Below, in pieces: positions 52,887 to 61,800 of a stretch of DNA of 64,000 nt; position 1 is the first letter of the stretch, and the number at the start of each line of letters is the position of its first letter. The notes under the pieces were generated by a model that was not told where the DNA came from, did not search any database, and saw only the letters and a program-made list of their open reading frames with translations. The stretch is taken from assembly GCA_049793195.1 (NCBI GenBank), contig JBARBP010000167.1, positions 1,576-65,575 on the forward strand. The letters run 5' to 3'. This DNA comes from Terracidiphilus sp. (lineage in GTDB: Bacteria; Acidobacteriota; Terriglobia; Terriglobales; Acidobacteriaceae). Both the position numbers and the translations under genes were made by a program.

Positions 52887-53220
52887 ATCTTCTCTCGGAA
52901 TACCGAGACGACGCGGGTTCCGGGATTGGCCAGGTCTTGTCCCGGCTCAATCTGCCAGGCACGTGACCTGTCCGCGCCCACTCCCCCTCCCCCCTGCATT
53001 CTGGCAAAATACTATCCCTAAAGGAGATAGGCGCAATGTATCGCCGCAAGATGGTCACGACAAGGAACTTATTTGTATAATACTCATTATAAATGATTTA
53101 ACTCCACAAATCGGCGATTCTCTCTTTGGGAGGTGCGCAACGTTGACCCACTGTTTTCCAAGCTCTGAGTCAAGCATAACCAATCAGCGGGAAATTATAT
53201 GCAAATCAATGACGCTTAAA

Positions 53221-53577
53221 TTAAGGGAGCCGGTCGAGTGCGGCAGCGAGGGCGTCCATGGCCAGATGGCTGGCGTGGATGGAGGCGGGAGGCAACCCAC
53301 CGACGGCGCTCACCAGGAGTTCTCTGTCGAGTCCTCTCGCCTGCCGGATCGTGTTGCCCTGAACAAGCTCAGTGAGTGCCGATCCGCAGGCCATGGAACA
53401 TACACAGCCTTTGGCAAGGAAGCGGATCTCCTCAATGCGGTCGCCAGAAAGTTTGAGGGTGAGCTTGAGGACATCGCCACATGCTGGATTCTCAATCTGC
53501 ACGGACGCGTCGGGATTGGCGACGAGGCCGGCGTTGCGGGGATGCTCGAAGTGGTCGAGAACCTGTGGGGAGTACAT
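53221..53577 (-). CDS. IscU/NifU N-terminal-domain-like Fe-S scaffold protein, variant cysteine pattern
   Basis: VLDHFEHPRNAG, ENPACGDVLKL, AKGCVCSMACGS, LPPASIHASHLAMDAL. By-eye alignment to E. coli IscU shows the C37 and C63 equivalents are present and the C106 equivalent is Ala. Confidence 0.8.
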   Translation of the reverse strand: MYSPQVLDHFEHPRNAGLVANPDASVQIENPACGDVLKLTLKLSGDRIEEIRFLAKGCVCSMACGSALTELVQGNTIRQARGLDRELLVSAVGGLPPASIHASHLAMDALAAALDRLP

Positions 53578-53598
53578 TGTGTCCTATGCGATGGTGGT

Positions 53599-53625
53599 TG
53601 AACAAGCTGCTAGGAATTGTTCAAA
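53599..53625. promoter_or_regulatory. perfect 8-bp inverted repeat upstream of the IscU-like gene
   Basis: TTGAACAA (53599-53606) - 11 nt - TTGTTCAA (53618-53625), 22 nt upstream of ATG 53577. Confidence 0.3.
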
Positions 53626-54001
53626 ACAAATTCGGCAAGTTGGCCCCCGCTCCGCGGGGTTAGCGAGTTAGCAAGTTGGCGGTTTCAATGAAGCGCGCAA
53701 TGTCTGGATCCAAGCACGGCGTCAGCCATCGAAAAATCGCGAATGAAATGCTGCAGGGGCTATTGGTCCCTCCAGAAGAAATTTAATTGCGCCGTCCCTA
53801 CGGGGCTCCATTGTGTATTTGTGGGACTCAGTTTTCCCAAGCTGAAGCGCGGGGCTAACATCCTCTGCGCCTCTGGCGCGACTCCCAGTACATCCGATTT
53901 TCAGTTCCGAAAAAGGTCCGTATCGGTCAAACTTCGGAGTGCGAGAGAGTTCATACCAGTACGACCAGAGGCATACTGAAAATCAGGAGACAAAGCCGCA
54001 A

Positions 54002-54436
54002 TCAATTTGAAGCGAGGGCTTTGGGTTGGGACTGGCGCAACTGGAGAATCTCGGTGATCAGGAATAAATCGGTGAGCAGAGCGCGAATGTGCATCGATGC
54101 GTTGAGATTGTCGATCAACTGGGAACTGATGGCGGGCTGGGCCAGAACCAGTTCAATGGCGGCCAGGGAACTTTGCGCATCGCGCGCCAGCACAGGGATA
54201 AAAGCCTCGTACTTGCCGGCGGGAGCTAATTGCTCCTGCTTTACGGCCGCGGCGCAGCTCTGGTCGACACCGTGCAAAGCCTCTGCGGCACGGGCAAGAT
54301 GGTCACGGAGCTGTCTGCCTGAAGGGCTGCCCTCATCGCTGAGGAGGCCCTGGGCTGCGTAGGATAGCGTGAATTCGTAACAAGCCTCAATCGTGTCGCA
54401 TCGTTCCTGAATATCAGTCGGCATCGCTGGGTGCAT
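54002..54436 (-). CDS. hypothetical all-helical cytoplasmic protein, last gene of the molybdoenzyme operon
   Basis: The ORF overlaps the cytochrome b stop (54414). AAGGAAGG lies upstream. Candidate starts are ATG 54436, ATG 54424 or the ORF-track start at 54496. Ala/Leu/Gln-rich, no TM, no motif recognised. Confidence 0.5.
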   Translation of the reverse strand: MHPAMPTDIQERCDTIEACYEFTLSYAAQGLLSDEGSPSGRQLRDHLARAAEALHGVDQSCAAAVKQEQLAPAGKYEAFIPVLARDAQSSLAAIELVLAQPAISSQLIDNLNASMHIRALLTDLFLITEILQLRQSQPKALASN

Positions 54437-55274
54437 ATCCTTCCTTAGGTGGCGATGACTTTTCGACTCCCCATCGCTGCGGATCGTGTTCTTCAAGATA
54501 GAAATCGCGGCTCATATAGCCGAAGATCATTGACTTGGTGATGGGCAGCTTTTCCGGCCGCACTCCGAAGTAGACATGAACCATGATCAACGCAATCAGA
54601 CCGACGCCCGCCAGGCCGTGCAGCACATACATCATGCCCCATGTCATATCGCCAAAGATATAGGGATTGCGAGTGAAGATACCAAATGTATTGACGCGCT
54701 TCATCATGAAGACGCCGGTGAAGATTACGGCCAGACCTGACAACAGGATCACGAAGTGATAGAACTTGTTTTCCAACGGATACTTGGCAAACCGGTCGGG
54801 CGGCGGCGCTTGCTTACCGATCGACCGCAGCAGTCTTCTCCTCGCATCGCGCAAGTCGATCTTGTCTGGCCAGATGGACCAGAAGTCCAAGAAGAAAGAG
54901 GCGTGAAAGATGTGAAAGAGGACGGATGCCGTCAGCACAAGACCGGCGATCCAGTGGTAGGTTACCCAATCGAATTTAATGCCGACCTTAGGCAGGAACG
55001 CGGTAATCAGCAGCGCGAACATGGAGATGGCCATCACCCAATGAAAGGCGCGCGCGACAAGAGAGTGCCTTGGGACGCGCTCGGGAACAGCAGCCAAGAC
55101 AGCGGTTGAGTCGTTTTTGGTAAAAGTCTTCTTCGCGGCAAAGATGCCCACGTAGAGGGCGTGCACGATCATGAAGAGCAGGCCGGAAATCACCATCACC
55201 CATATCAGGTACCACGCGATATGGATGGGAACCGTTTGTCCCCAAGGACTGGTTGCCCAGGTTATGAAGTCCAT
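54414..55274 (-). CDS. membrane b-type cytochrome (FdnI/PhsC/Ni-hydrogenase cytochrome b family-like)
   Basis: RHSLVARAFHWVMAISMFALLITAF, YHWIAGLVLTASVLFHIFH, YHFVILLSGL, YVLHGLAGVGLIALIMVHVYFG. Five hydrophobic helices with conserved-looking His pairs. The start overlaps the FAD-subunit gene by 13 nt. Confidence 0.75.
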   Translation of the reverse strand: MDFITWATSPWGQTVPIHIAWYLIWVMVISGLLFMIVHALYVGIFAAKKTFTKNDSTAVLAAVPERVPRHSLVARAFHWVMAISMFALLITAFLPKVGIKFDWVTYHWIAGLVLTASVLFHIFHASFFLDFWSIWPDKIDLRDARRRLLRSIGKQAPPPDRFAKYPLENKFYHFVILLSGLAVIFTGVFMMKRVNTFGIFTRNPYIFGDMTWGMMYVLHGLAGVGLIALIMVHVYFGVRPEKLPITKSMIFGYMSRDFYLEEHDPQRWGVEKSSPPKEGYAPSDAD

Positions 55275-56278
55275 GTTGCCTCCTGTACGCCGCCGATGGC
55301 GCGCTTGACCAGATTTCTCATCAACGGAATCTTGTAGGCGTTGAACTGCAGCGGGACCGCGCCCTGGACGGCGAGCCTGCCTGCCATTTCACCGGTGGTT
55401 GCATCCGCGGGCTTGCCGCGAACCGCATCTTCGACGGGCTTCAGGCGCATCGGTTTTGGAGCCACTGCGCTGACCGCGATGCGGATTCGGTCAATGTTGC
55501 CGCCATTGAGCACCATCGCAGAGGCTACGTTCATCAGCGGGAAGTCCCACACGTTGCGATCGCGAACTTTCTCAAAGTAGAATTTTGCGCCAGCCCATGC
55601 GGAAGGAATGCGAATGGCAGTGAGGAGGTCGCCAGGTTGAAGGATGTTCAAGCGGGTGATGTCGATGTCAGGTCCGAGGAAGTAGTCTTCCGCGTCAACC
55701 GTGCGCTCGCCTTTGGCAGACTGAATCACGAACTTCGCATCGAGTGCGATCAGGGCGGGAGCCGAATCGGAAGGATGAACTGCCACGCAGCGGTCGGCGC
55801 CAAAGATGGCGTGCTCGCGATTGCGGCCCACTGGCGTGTCAGCGTAGCAAAGGTTGCCGCCCGCACGGTAGCAAGGCCAGCCGGCGCGGTAGTACCAGCA
55901 ACGGGCATCCTGCGATACGTTGCCTCCGAGCGTACCTTGATTGCGTATTTGGGGAGAAGCAACTAAGGAGACAGCATCCGAGAGCACACCGTACTTCGCC
56001 TTGATCTCGGGATGATTTGCAATCTCAGTGAGCGTTGTCATGGCGCCAATTTCCAGACCATCGCCAGTGGTGCGAATTCCCTTGAGCTCGTCGATTCCGC
56101 TCAGGTCAACCAGCACCTTGGGCTTCTTGATGCGGTCTTTGAGCCAGTCGAAACTGTCGAGCCCACCGGCCATGACCCAGCCTTCTTCACCGTGTTGCTG
56201 CAACAACTTTTGCGCGTCAGCCGCCGAGCTCGGCTGAAGCAAATCAAAAGCGGGCATCACGTCTCGTATAACTGCCAT
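55262..56278 (-). CDS. molybdo-flavoenzyme FAD-binding medium subunit (CoxM/XdhB/PaoB-like)
   Basis: FDLLQPSSAADAQKLL...VMAGGLDSFDWLKDRI...LVDLSGI...LGGNVSQD, plus a four-Cys cluster RCWYYRAGWPCYRAGGNLCYAD...DRCVAVHPSD. Confidence 0.9.
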   Translation of the reverse strand: MAVIRDVMPAFDLLQPSSAADAQKLLQQHGEEGWVMAGGLDSFDWLKDRIKKPKVLVDLSGIDELKGIRTTGDGLEIGAMTTLTEIANHPEIKAKYGVLSDAVSLVASPQIRNQGTLGGNVSQDARCWYYRAGWPCYRAGGNLCYADTPVGRNREHAIFGADRCVAVHPSDSAPALIALDAKFVIQSAKGERTVDAEDYFLGPDIDITRLNILQPGDLLTAIRIPSAWAGAKFYFEKVRDRNVWDFPLMNVASAMVLNGGNIDRIRIAVSAVAPKPMRLKPVEDAVRGKPADATTGEMAGRLAVQGAVPLQFNAYKIPLMRNLVKRAIGGVQEATWTS

Positions 56279-56315
56279 AGCGCTCTCCGTTCAAATCGGA
56301 ATCATATGTTTGTCA

Positions 56316-58856
56316 TCAGATATTTGCCATTAAAGGATGTTGCATGGGACGTCCCGCTTCCAACGACGTCAGGATAGTGTCGGCATTTACAGGCGCGCGG
56401 CGGAATACTTCGTCACCCACCGCGTCAGAAAGAGCGTTCAGGATGGCCGCGCAACCGCCACCGACAGGCGGTTCCCCGATGCCGCGCGCACCGACCGGCG
56501 TTTCCGGATCAGGAATATCGAGCGCTTCCCATTGCATATCAACGGGAACATCCAAGATTGTGGGCGGCCTGTTCTGATAGAAGCGCATGGCAACCGGAAG
56601 ACCGTAGTGGGGGTCATATACCCATTTCTGGCCGATGGCATGTGCGATACCCAAAACGGTGCGGCCCAGGATTTGCCCGCCGAGTGCTGCGGGATGCATC
56701 ACCGTACCGACATCCGCATAGGCAAGAAAGTCGAGAATGTAGTACTTGCCGGTTTCGACATCGACCTCGACCTCAGCAAAGCTGGCGACATAAGAATAGG
56801 TGTTGCCATCGTGAGGGTATTTGTCTTTGGCCGATACCACGAGTCCCTGTCCAGCGAGATTTGCCACCGCCGCCTTGGTCATTTTGTTAACGTCGGTAGT
56901 CGCTTCGTGGCCGTCGTAGATGCCGCCAAGCTGAATGGCGCGCTGGGCCGCCTGCGCAAAGCTCAAGCCAGCGCCGCCACCCTTGCGAAATACGCGCTGG
57001 TTGGCTACTTCATAATCTTCCGGCTTGCCGCCGAGCGATTTCGCGGCGACTTCTTTAAGCTTTTGTTTGCACTCGTTGGCCACGGCAAACGATGCACGGG
57101 TCATGGCATGGGTCGTCTGACTGCCACCGGATGCGCACGTATAGGGGAGATGCTTGGATGTGTCACCCCACACGATGTCGCAAATCTCCCAGGGAACGCC
57201 GAGGGCTTCAGCGCCGGCACGATGCACATCGATTACCGATTCCGTTCCGAGGTTGCCGATGCCCGACTGGAATTGAACTCGCCCCTGCGGCGTGATGACC
57301 AGAAGCCCGTCGAAACCTGTGGTGCCGCCGACATAGCAACTGAGCGAAACGCCGACACCGCGCACCTTGGAGCCGATGCGTTTGGGCTGGCGCGCCACTC
57401 TTTCCTGCCACTTGAACTGCACCGCACCGCGATCGAGTGCGTCTTTGAGGAAGCAGCTTGTCGCGTGACCGCGCTTGCCATTGAGTTCGGGTCCAAACTC
57501 CGCCTTGCCTTCAGGGCAGTTCACGCGGCGCAGCGCGACCTGGTCGATGCCGAGATTGCGCGCGGCTTTGGACAGAATCGGCTCGATGATGGCGATTCCC
57601 TGCATGCCGCCCGGCGCACTCTGCGCGCTGCGCGGAGGCGTATTGGTCATCACCGAGATTGCGCGCTGACGCATGGCTATCGGCTGATAAAGGAGCGATA
57701 CGATACGAGCCGCTGAAGCTCCGTCCCCCTGCGCGTCGTAGGAACCGCTGTTGCACACGGTGAACATATCGATTGCCAGGATTCGGCCATCCTTGCCGAA
57801 ACCAATCTTCATGCGGCCTTCAACACTGGGACGCGCACGGCCGATCAGGTGCTCCTCTTCGCGGCTGATGCGCATCATGACCGGAGCATTAAGTTTCTTG
57901 GACAGCAGGGCGGGAATGATCATTGTGAGCCCGCCGGTGATTTTGCTGCCAAATCCGCCGCCGGTGTACTCGCTGATGAAAACAATCTTGTCCTGATCGA
58001 TGTTCATCCATTTGGCAATCGCGGGCTTTGTCTGGAAGGTGCTTTGCGTCCCTGAATGAAGGAAGAGCTTTCCATTCTGCCAGTAAGCCATGGCGGTACG
58101 TGGTTCAAGGCACTGATGGCTGACGTCGGGTGTTATGAAGGTTTCGTCGAGGATGAGCGCCGCATTTTTGAAACCCGCATCGATATCGCCATAGGACCAT
58201 TTATCGGGTGCATGCCCCATGGGCAGGCGACCCTGATCGTATTCCGCAAAGTCCTGCTCGGTCCACTTGAGTTCTGTGAGGTGCGGGATGGGCGGATTCG
58301 GCGGCTCGGGGCGCACCCAGACGTTGCCGTCTTCGCGTGGATTTGGCCCGCCGGGGCGAAGGCTCTCGAGCGGATCTATGACAAAGGGCAGCTCCTCGAA
58401 GTCGATCTTGATCTTCTCAATCGCTTCGGCACAGGTAAGCTCATCGACAGCGGCGACGGCAAGAATTGGTTCGCCCATGTAGAGGGGCTCGTTGGTGAGC
58501 GCCTGTTCACCCCACTTGCTGGCCTTGATCACCGTGCCGTTATCGTTCAGGCTGTCGGCGGGGGCGGGAATGTCGTCGGCGGTAAGAATCGCTTTGACAC
58601 CGGGAATCGCCAGCGCATCATCCATATCGATGTGCTTGATGCGGGCATGTGGCATGGGACTAAGGACGAGGCGACAAAACAACATGCCGTCGGCCCGAAA
58701 GTCCTCAGCATATTTTGAATTTCCAGTGACCTTGGCCAGCATGTCGTTGGTGGGATAATTCTTCCCGATCAGCTTGTAGCCGGCACCGTAGACGCGTTCT
58801 TTTGTCTGGGAAGGCTTGGCGGGTTTGGTCATTTCAACGGGAACGCTCTCGGGCAT
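56316..58856 (-). CDS. molybdopterin-binding large subunit, xanthine dehydrogenase/aldehyde oxidase family (PaoC/CoxL-like)
   Basis: DMLAKVTGNSKYAEDFRADGMLFCRLVLSPMPHARIKHID...IPGVKAILTADDIP (a/b hammerhead). GGGFGSK. C-terminal Moco-binding domains. ATG 58856 is 2 nt after the small-subunit stop. Confidence 0.9.
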   Translation of the reverse strand: MPESVPVEMTKPAKPSQTKERVYGAGYKLIGKNYPTNDMLAKVTGNSKYAEDFRADGMLFCRLVLSPMPHARIKHIDMDDALAIPGVKAILTADDIPAPADSLNDNGTVIKASKWGEQALTNEPLYMGEPILAVAAVDELTCAEAIEKIKIDFEELPFVIDPLESLRPGGPNPREDGNVWVRPEPPNPPIPHLTELKWTEQDFAEYDQGRLPMGHAPDKWSYGDIDAGFKNAALILDETFITPDVSHQCLEPRTAMAYWQNGKLFLHSGTQSTFQTKPAIAKWMNIDQDKIVFISEYTGGGFGSKITGGLTMIIPALLSKKLNAPVMMRISREEEHLIGRARPSVEGRMKIGFGKDGRILAIDMFTVCNSGSYDAQGDGASAARIVSLLYQPIAMRQRAISVMTNTPPRSAQSAPGGMQGIAIIEPILSKAARNLGIDQVALRRVNCPEGKAEFGPELNGKRGHATSCFLKDALDRGAVQFKWQERVARQPKRIGSKVRGVGVSLSCYVGGTTGFDGLLVITPQGRVQFQSGIGNLGTESVIDVHRAGAEALGVPWEICDIVWGDTSKHLPYTCASGGSQTTHAMTRASFAVANECKQKLKEVAAKSLGGKPEDYEVANQRVFRKGGGAGLSFAQAAQRAIQLGGIYDGHEATTDVNKMTKAAVANLAGQGLVVSAKDKYPHDGNTYSYVASFAEVEVDVETGKYYILDFLAYADVGTVMHPAALGGQILGRTVLGIAHAIGQKWVYDPHYGLPVAMRFYQNRPPTILDVPVDMQWEALDIPDPETPVGARGIGEPPVGGGCAAILNALSDAVGDEVFRRAPVNADTILTSLEAGRPMQHPLMANI

Positions 58857-58858
58857 GC

Positions 58859-59491
58859 TCAAGCCCTCCTTATGTACTCTGCGCCGCGCATCATGGAGTC
58901 GATAATCTTGTTGTAGTCCTGGCAACGGCAGAGATTACCGGAGATGCCGTGCGCGAGTTCGGTGCGTGTTGGATTTGGATTAGTCTTCAGGAAGCCGACG
59001 GCCGACATGATGAAACCGGACATACAGAAGGCACATTGGAAGCCCTGCTCATCGACAACTGCCTGCTGCACCGGATGGAGCTTGCCGTCGGCGGACGCCA
59101 AACCTTCAATGGTGGTGACCTTGTGTCCTCTCACAGTATGGGTGAGCGTGGAGCAACTGTAGCGAGGCACATCGTCGATGAGGACAGTGCAAGCGCCGCA
59201 CTCAGCGCGGTCGCAGCCGAGCTTGGTACCGGTGAGACCGAGCTTGTAGCGCAAGGTCCAGGCCAGCGTCTCCTGCTTCATGACGTCTACGCGGCGCTGC
59301 ATGCCGTTGACATTGATGGTAATGAGGCGTTCGGCGGCGGAAGAACTCTGGCCGTGGACCGCGGAGGCAATGAACTTGTAGTTCGCCGCGGCGACCGCGC
59401 CTCCAGCTGCGATGACTCCCAGAATGAACTTGCGCCTAGTGACGGACTTCGACGTGGCGTCGGTCGTTTTCAGCTCTGGAATCTCTGTCAT
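58859..59491 (-). CDS. [2Fe-2S]-binding small subunit with TAT signal (PaoA/CoxS-like)
   Basis: TRRKFILGVIAAGGAVAAA twin-arginine signal. GCDRAECGACTV and CAFCMSGF...GNLCRCQDY, the two 2Fe-2S motifs. Confidence 0.9.
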   Translation of the reverse strand: MTEIPELKTTDATSKSVTRRKFILGVIAAGGAVAAANYKFIASAVHGQSSSAAERLITINVNGMQRRVDVMKQETLAWTLRYKLGLTGTKLGCDRAECGACTVLIDDVPRYSCSTLTHTVRGHKVTTIEGLASADGKLHPVQQAVVDEQGFQCAFCMSGFIMSAVGFLKTNPNPTRTELAHGISGNLCRCQDYNKIIDSMMRGAEYIRRA

Positions 59492-59700
59492 AGCCGATTC
59501 TCCCGTCTCGATTTTTCTTAAAGGATTTGCGGTGCAGCGTTTGGTGGCTGCGATGCTGCGGATATATTAGCTCCCGACTGATTGCTTTGTGAAGCTAGCC
59601 GGGGTGGAATTAGTGCGAAACAGGACAAGTTCAATGAATACGGATAGATGAATGAGCTCCCGGAATCGACATGGGAAGAGCGCGAACCGTTCGCGGCGGA

Positions 59701-60942
59701 TCAGGTTTCACTCATCTCCATTCCCTTTGCTTCGCGGCCAAACATGGCCAAACCGGCCAGCGACAGGGCCACCACAATTACGGTGATGGCGAGAACGGCG
59801 GGATAGTTGCCCCAACGCTCAGCGGCCAGGGCCTGACCTTTTCCATTCCATGAAGTGACAAGACCACCCAACTGGTAGGCAAATCCGGGCGCCGTGGCTC
59901 GCACGGGCGCGGGAGAGAGCTCGGTAAGGTAAGCCGGGACGACTCCCCAGGCACCCTGCACCATGAATTGCATAAGCACCGCGCCGACGCCCAGGGTTAA
60001 AGCCGAATGGCCGTAGGCGTAGAGGGGAATCACAGGAATGGACAAGAGGGCGGCGGTGATTATGGCGCGCCTGCGGCCCCATTTTTCAGAGAGGGTTCCA
60101 AACACGATACCGCCGCCAATGGAGCCGAATCCGTAGAGAACGCCGATGATGCCGATTGTCTCGGGCGAGAGCCTGGCCTGCACGGCAAGGAAGGTGGGAT
60201 AAACGTCCTGGGTGCCATGGGAGAAGCTCATGAAAGCAGTCATGAGCAGGATGAGGAAGAGGAATGTGGGTAGAAAACCCATGAGATTGGGGGGAATTAT
60301 GGGTGCGGCCAGTCCCGTTTCGCTGGTGGGGATGCGTTTTCTGGCGGCAGCAAGCCATACCGGGGATTCGGCTACTTTTGCCTGTACATAGAAGACCAGG
60401 ATGGCCGGCAGAGAGCCGAGGATAAACAGTCCTCGCCATCCGATTCGCTCGAAAAAGAACGCAAATGCTGCCGAAGCGAGGATCGACCCGAGCGCGTAGC
60501 CCTCCTGCAGGATGCCGGAGAAGACTCCGCGGCCCTCTTTCGGCAGGGTTTCGAAGGCCAGCGCGGCACCAACGCCCCACTCGCCGCCCATGGCAATGCC
60601 GAAGAGCGCCCGCAGCAAAAGCAGGACGCTGAGCGAGGGAGCAAAGGCGCAGGCCAGCTCAATCACCGAGAAGCTAAGAATATTGAACATCAGAATGGGC
60701 CGGCGGCCATAGCGGTCAGCCAGCATTCCGAACAGAAGCGCGCCGACGGGGCGAAAGGCCTGGGTCATGAAGACCGCGCCGAGGATTGCGGAGGGCTGAG
60801 TGTGAAACTCGCCGGCGATGGCCTTGACGCAGAAGATCAGCAAAAAGAAGTCGAGACTATCAAGAGTCCAGCCGAGGAAAGCGGCCAGAAACGTGTGACG
60901 TTGCTGGCTACTCAGCTGCCTGAATCGGTCGATCAAGGACAT
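59701..60942 (-). CDS. MFS transporter, sialate/organic-acid:H+ symporter (NanT/SHS)-like
   Basis: HTFLAAFLGWTLDSLDFFLLIF, GMLADRYGRRPIL, GIAMGGEWGVGAALAFETLP. No SD at any candidate start (ATG 60942, 60954, 61056). The shortest was chosen by N-terminal length. Confidence 0.85.
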   Translation of the reverse strand: MSLIDRFRQLSSQQRHTFLAAFLGWTLDSLDFFLLIFCVKAIAGEFHTQPSAILGAVFMTQAFRPVGALLFGMLADRYGRRPILMFNILSFSVIELACAFAPSLSVLLLLRALFGIAMGGEWGVGAALAFETLPKEGRGVFSGILQEGYALGSILASAAFAFFFERIGWRGLFILGSLPAILVFYVQAKVAESPVWLAAARKRIPTSETGLAAPIIPPNLMGFLPTFLFLILLMTAFMSFSHGTQDVYPTFLAVQARLSPETIGIIGVLYGFGSIGGGIVFGTLSEKWGRRRAIITAALLSIPVIPLYAYGHSALTLGVGAVLMQFMVQGAWGVVPAYLTELSPAPVRATAPGFAYQLGGLVTSWNGKGQALAAERWGNYPAVLAITVIVVALSLAGLAMFGREAKGMEMSET

Positions 60943-61187
60943 AGGCCGGAGCATATCAGACAGGGAGCAAAGGCGGGTTGGATCGGCCGTGTTCGGCGGG
61001 TAAACGGGGCGGGGAAATAATATTTGTTGCAACGAATAACTTGCTTCGTGAGTCATATATGTGGATGGGAGATTTTGTGCCAGCCCCAGACACTGTATTC
61101 AGTGGTTTTGGGATGTGCGGCATTAGCTTCCGTACTTATTGCGCACGAAAGTGACGCCAAAACTTTGAATCGAAAGGAATTTTAGTC

Positions 61188-61775
61188 ATGAAGCTTTTAA
61201 CAATCGCAACCGGCATTCTGGCTTTGGCTGCACCGTTGGCCATGGCGCAGGCTCAGGCAGAAACCTCAACCTGGATCTCCGATCCGGCGCACAGTGAAGT
61301 TGACTTCAGCGTGACGCACCTGAGCATCACAAGCGTGCACGGCCGATTTGGCAAGGTTGCTGCTACTCTTCTGTACGACCAAACCGATGTGTCAAAGTCG
61401 GCGGTTGCGGCAACGATCGATATTTCAACCGTTGACACGAGCGAAGATGCCCGGAACAATCACTTGAAGACTCCAGACTTTTTTGACCTTGCTAAATTTC
61501 CCACAGCGACCTTTGCGAGCACCAGCGTGACGAAGGGCAGCAGCGGGTTGATTGTCAACGGGAACCTTACACTTCACGGCGTGACCAAACCCGTGGTGCT
61601 GTATGTGGAAGGACCCAACGGGCCGGTTCAGGGCATGGACAAGAAGCAGCACGCCGGTTTCTCGGCCACAACCACGATCAGCCGTTCGGATTTTGGAATT
61701 GGCGCCAAATTCCCGGGCTCCATGGTCGGCGATGAGATCAAACTGAGCATTGATCTGGACGTAGCGAAGCAGTAA
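61188..61775 (+). CDS. YceI-family periplasmic (polyisoprenoid-binding-like) protein
   Basis: Signal MKLLTIATGILALAAPLAMAQA. DPAHSEVDFSVTHLSITSVHGRFGKV...HLKTPDFFD...KFPTATF...GNLTLHGVTKPV. Confidence 0.9.
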   Translation: MKLLTIATGILALAAPLAMAQAQAETSTWISDPAHSEVDFSVTHLSITSVHGRFGKVAATLLYDQTDVSKSAVAATIDISTVDTSEDARNNHLKTPDFFDLAKFPTATFASTSVTKGSSGLIVNGNLTLHGVTKPVVLYVEGPNGPVQGMDKKQHAGFSATTTISRSDFGIGAKFPGSMVGDEIKLSIDLDVAKQ

Positions 61776-61800
61776 GCACGGATGGAGCGAAAGGAAGAGA

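Noticed and set aside
52849-53601. 250-aa ORF on the plus strand spanning the mocA-iscU intergenic region
   Set aside because: It overlaps the IscU-like gene in antisense and runs through AT-rich non-coding sequence. It has no motif.
56337-57716. 459-aa ORF on the plus strand
   Set aside because: It is antisense to the Moco large-subunit gene. It is Arg/Gly/His-rich with no motif. I treat it as a shadow ORF.
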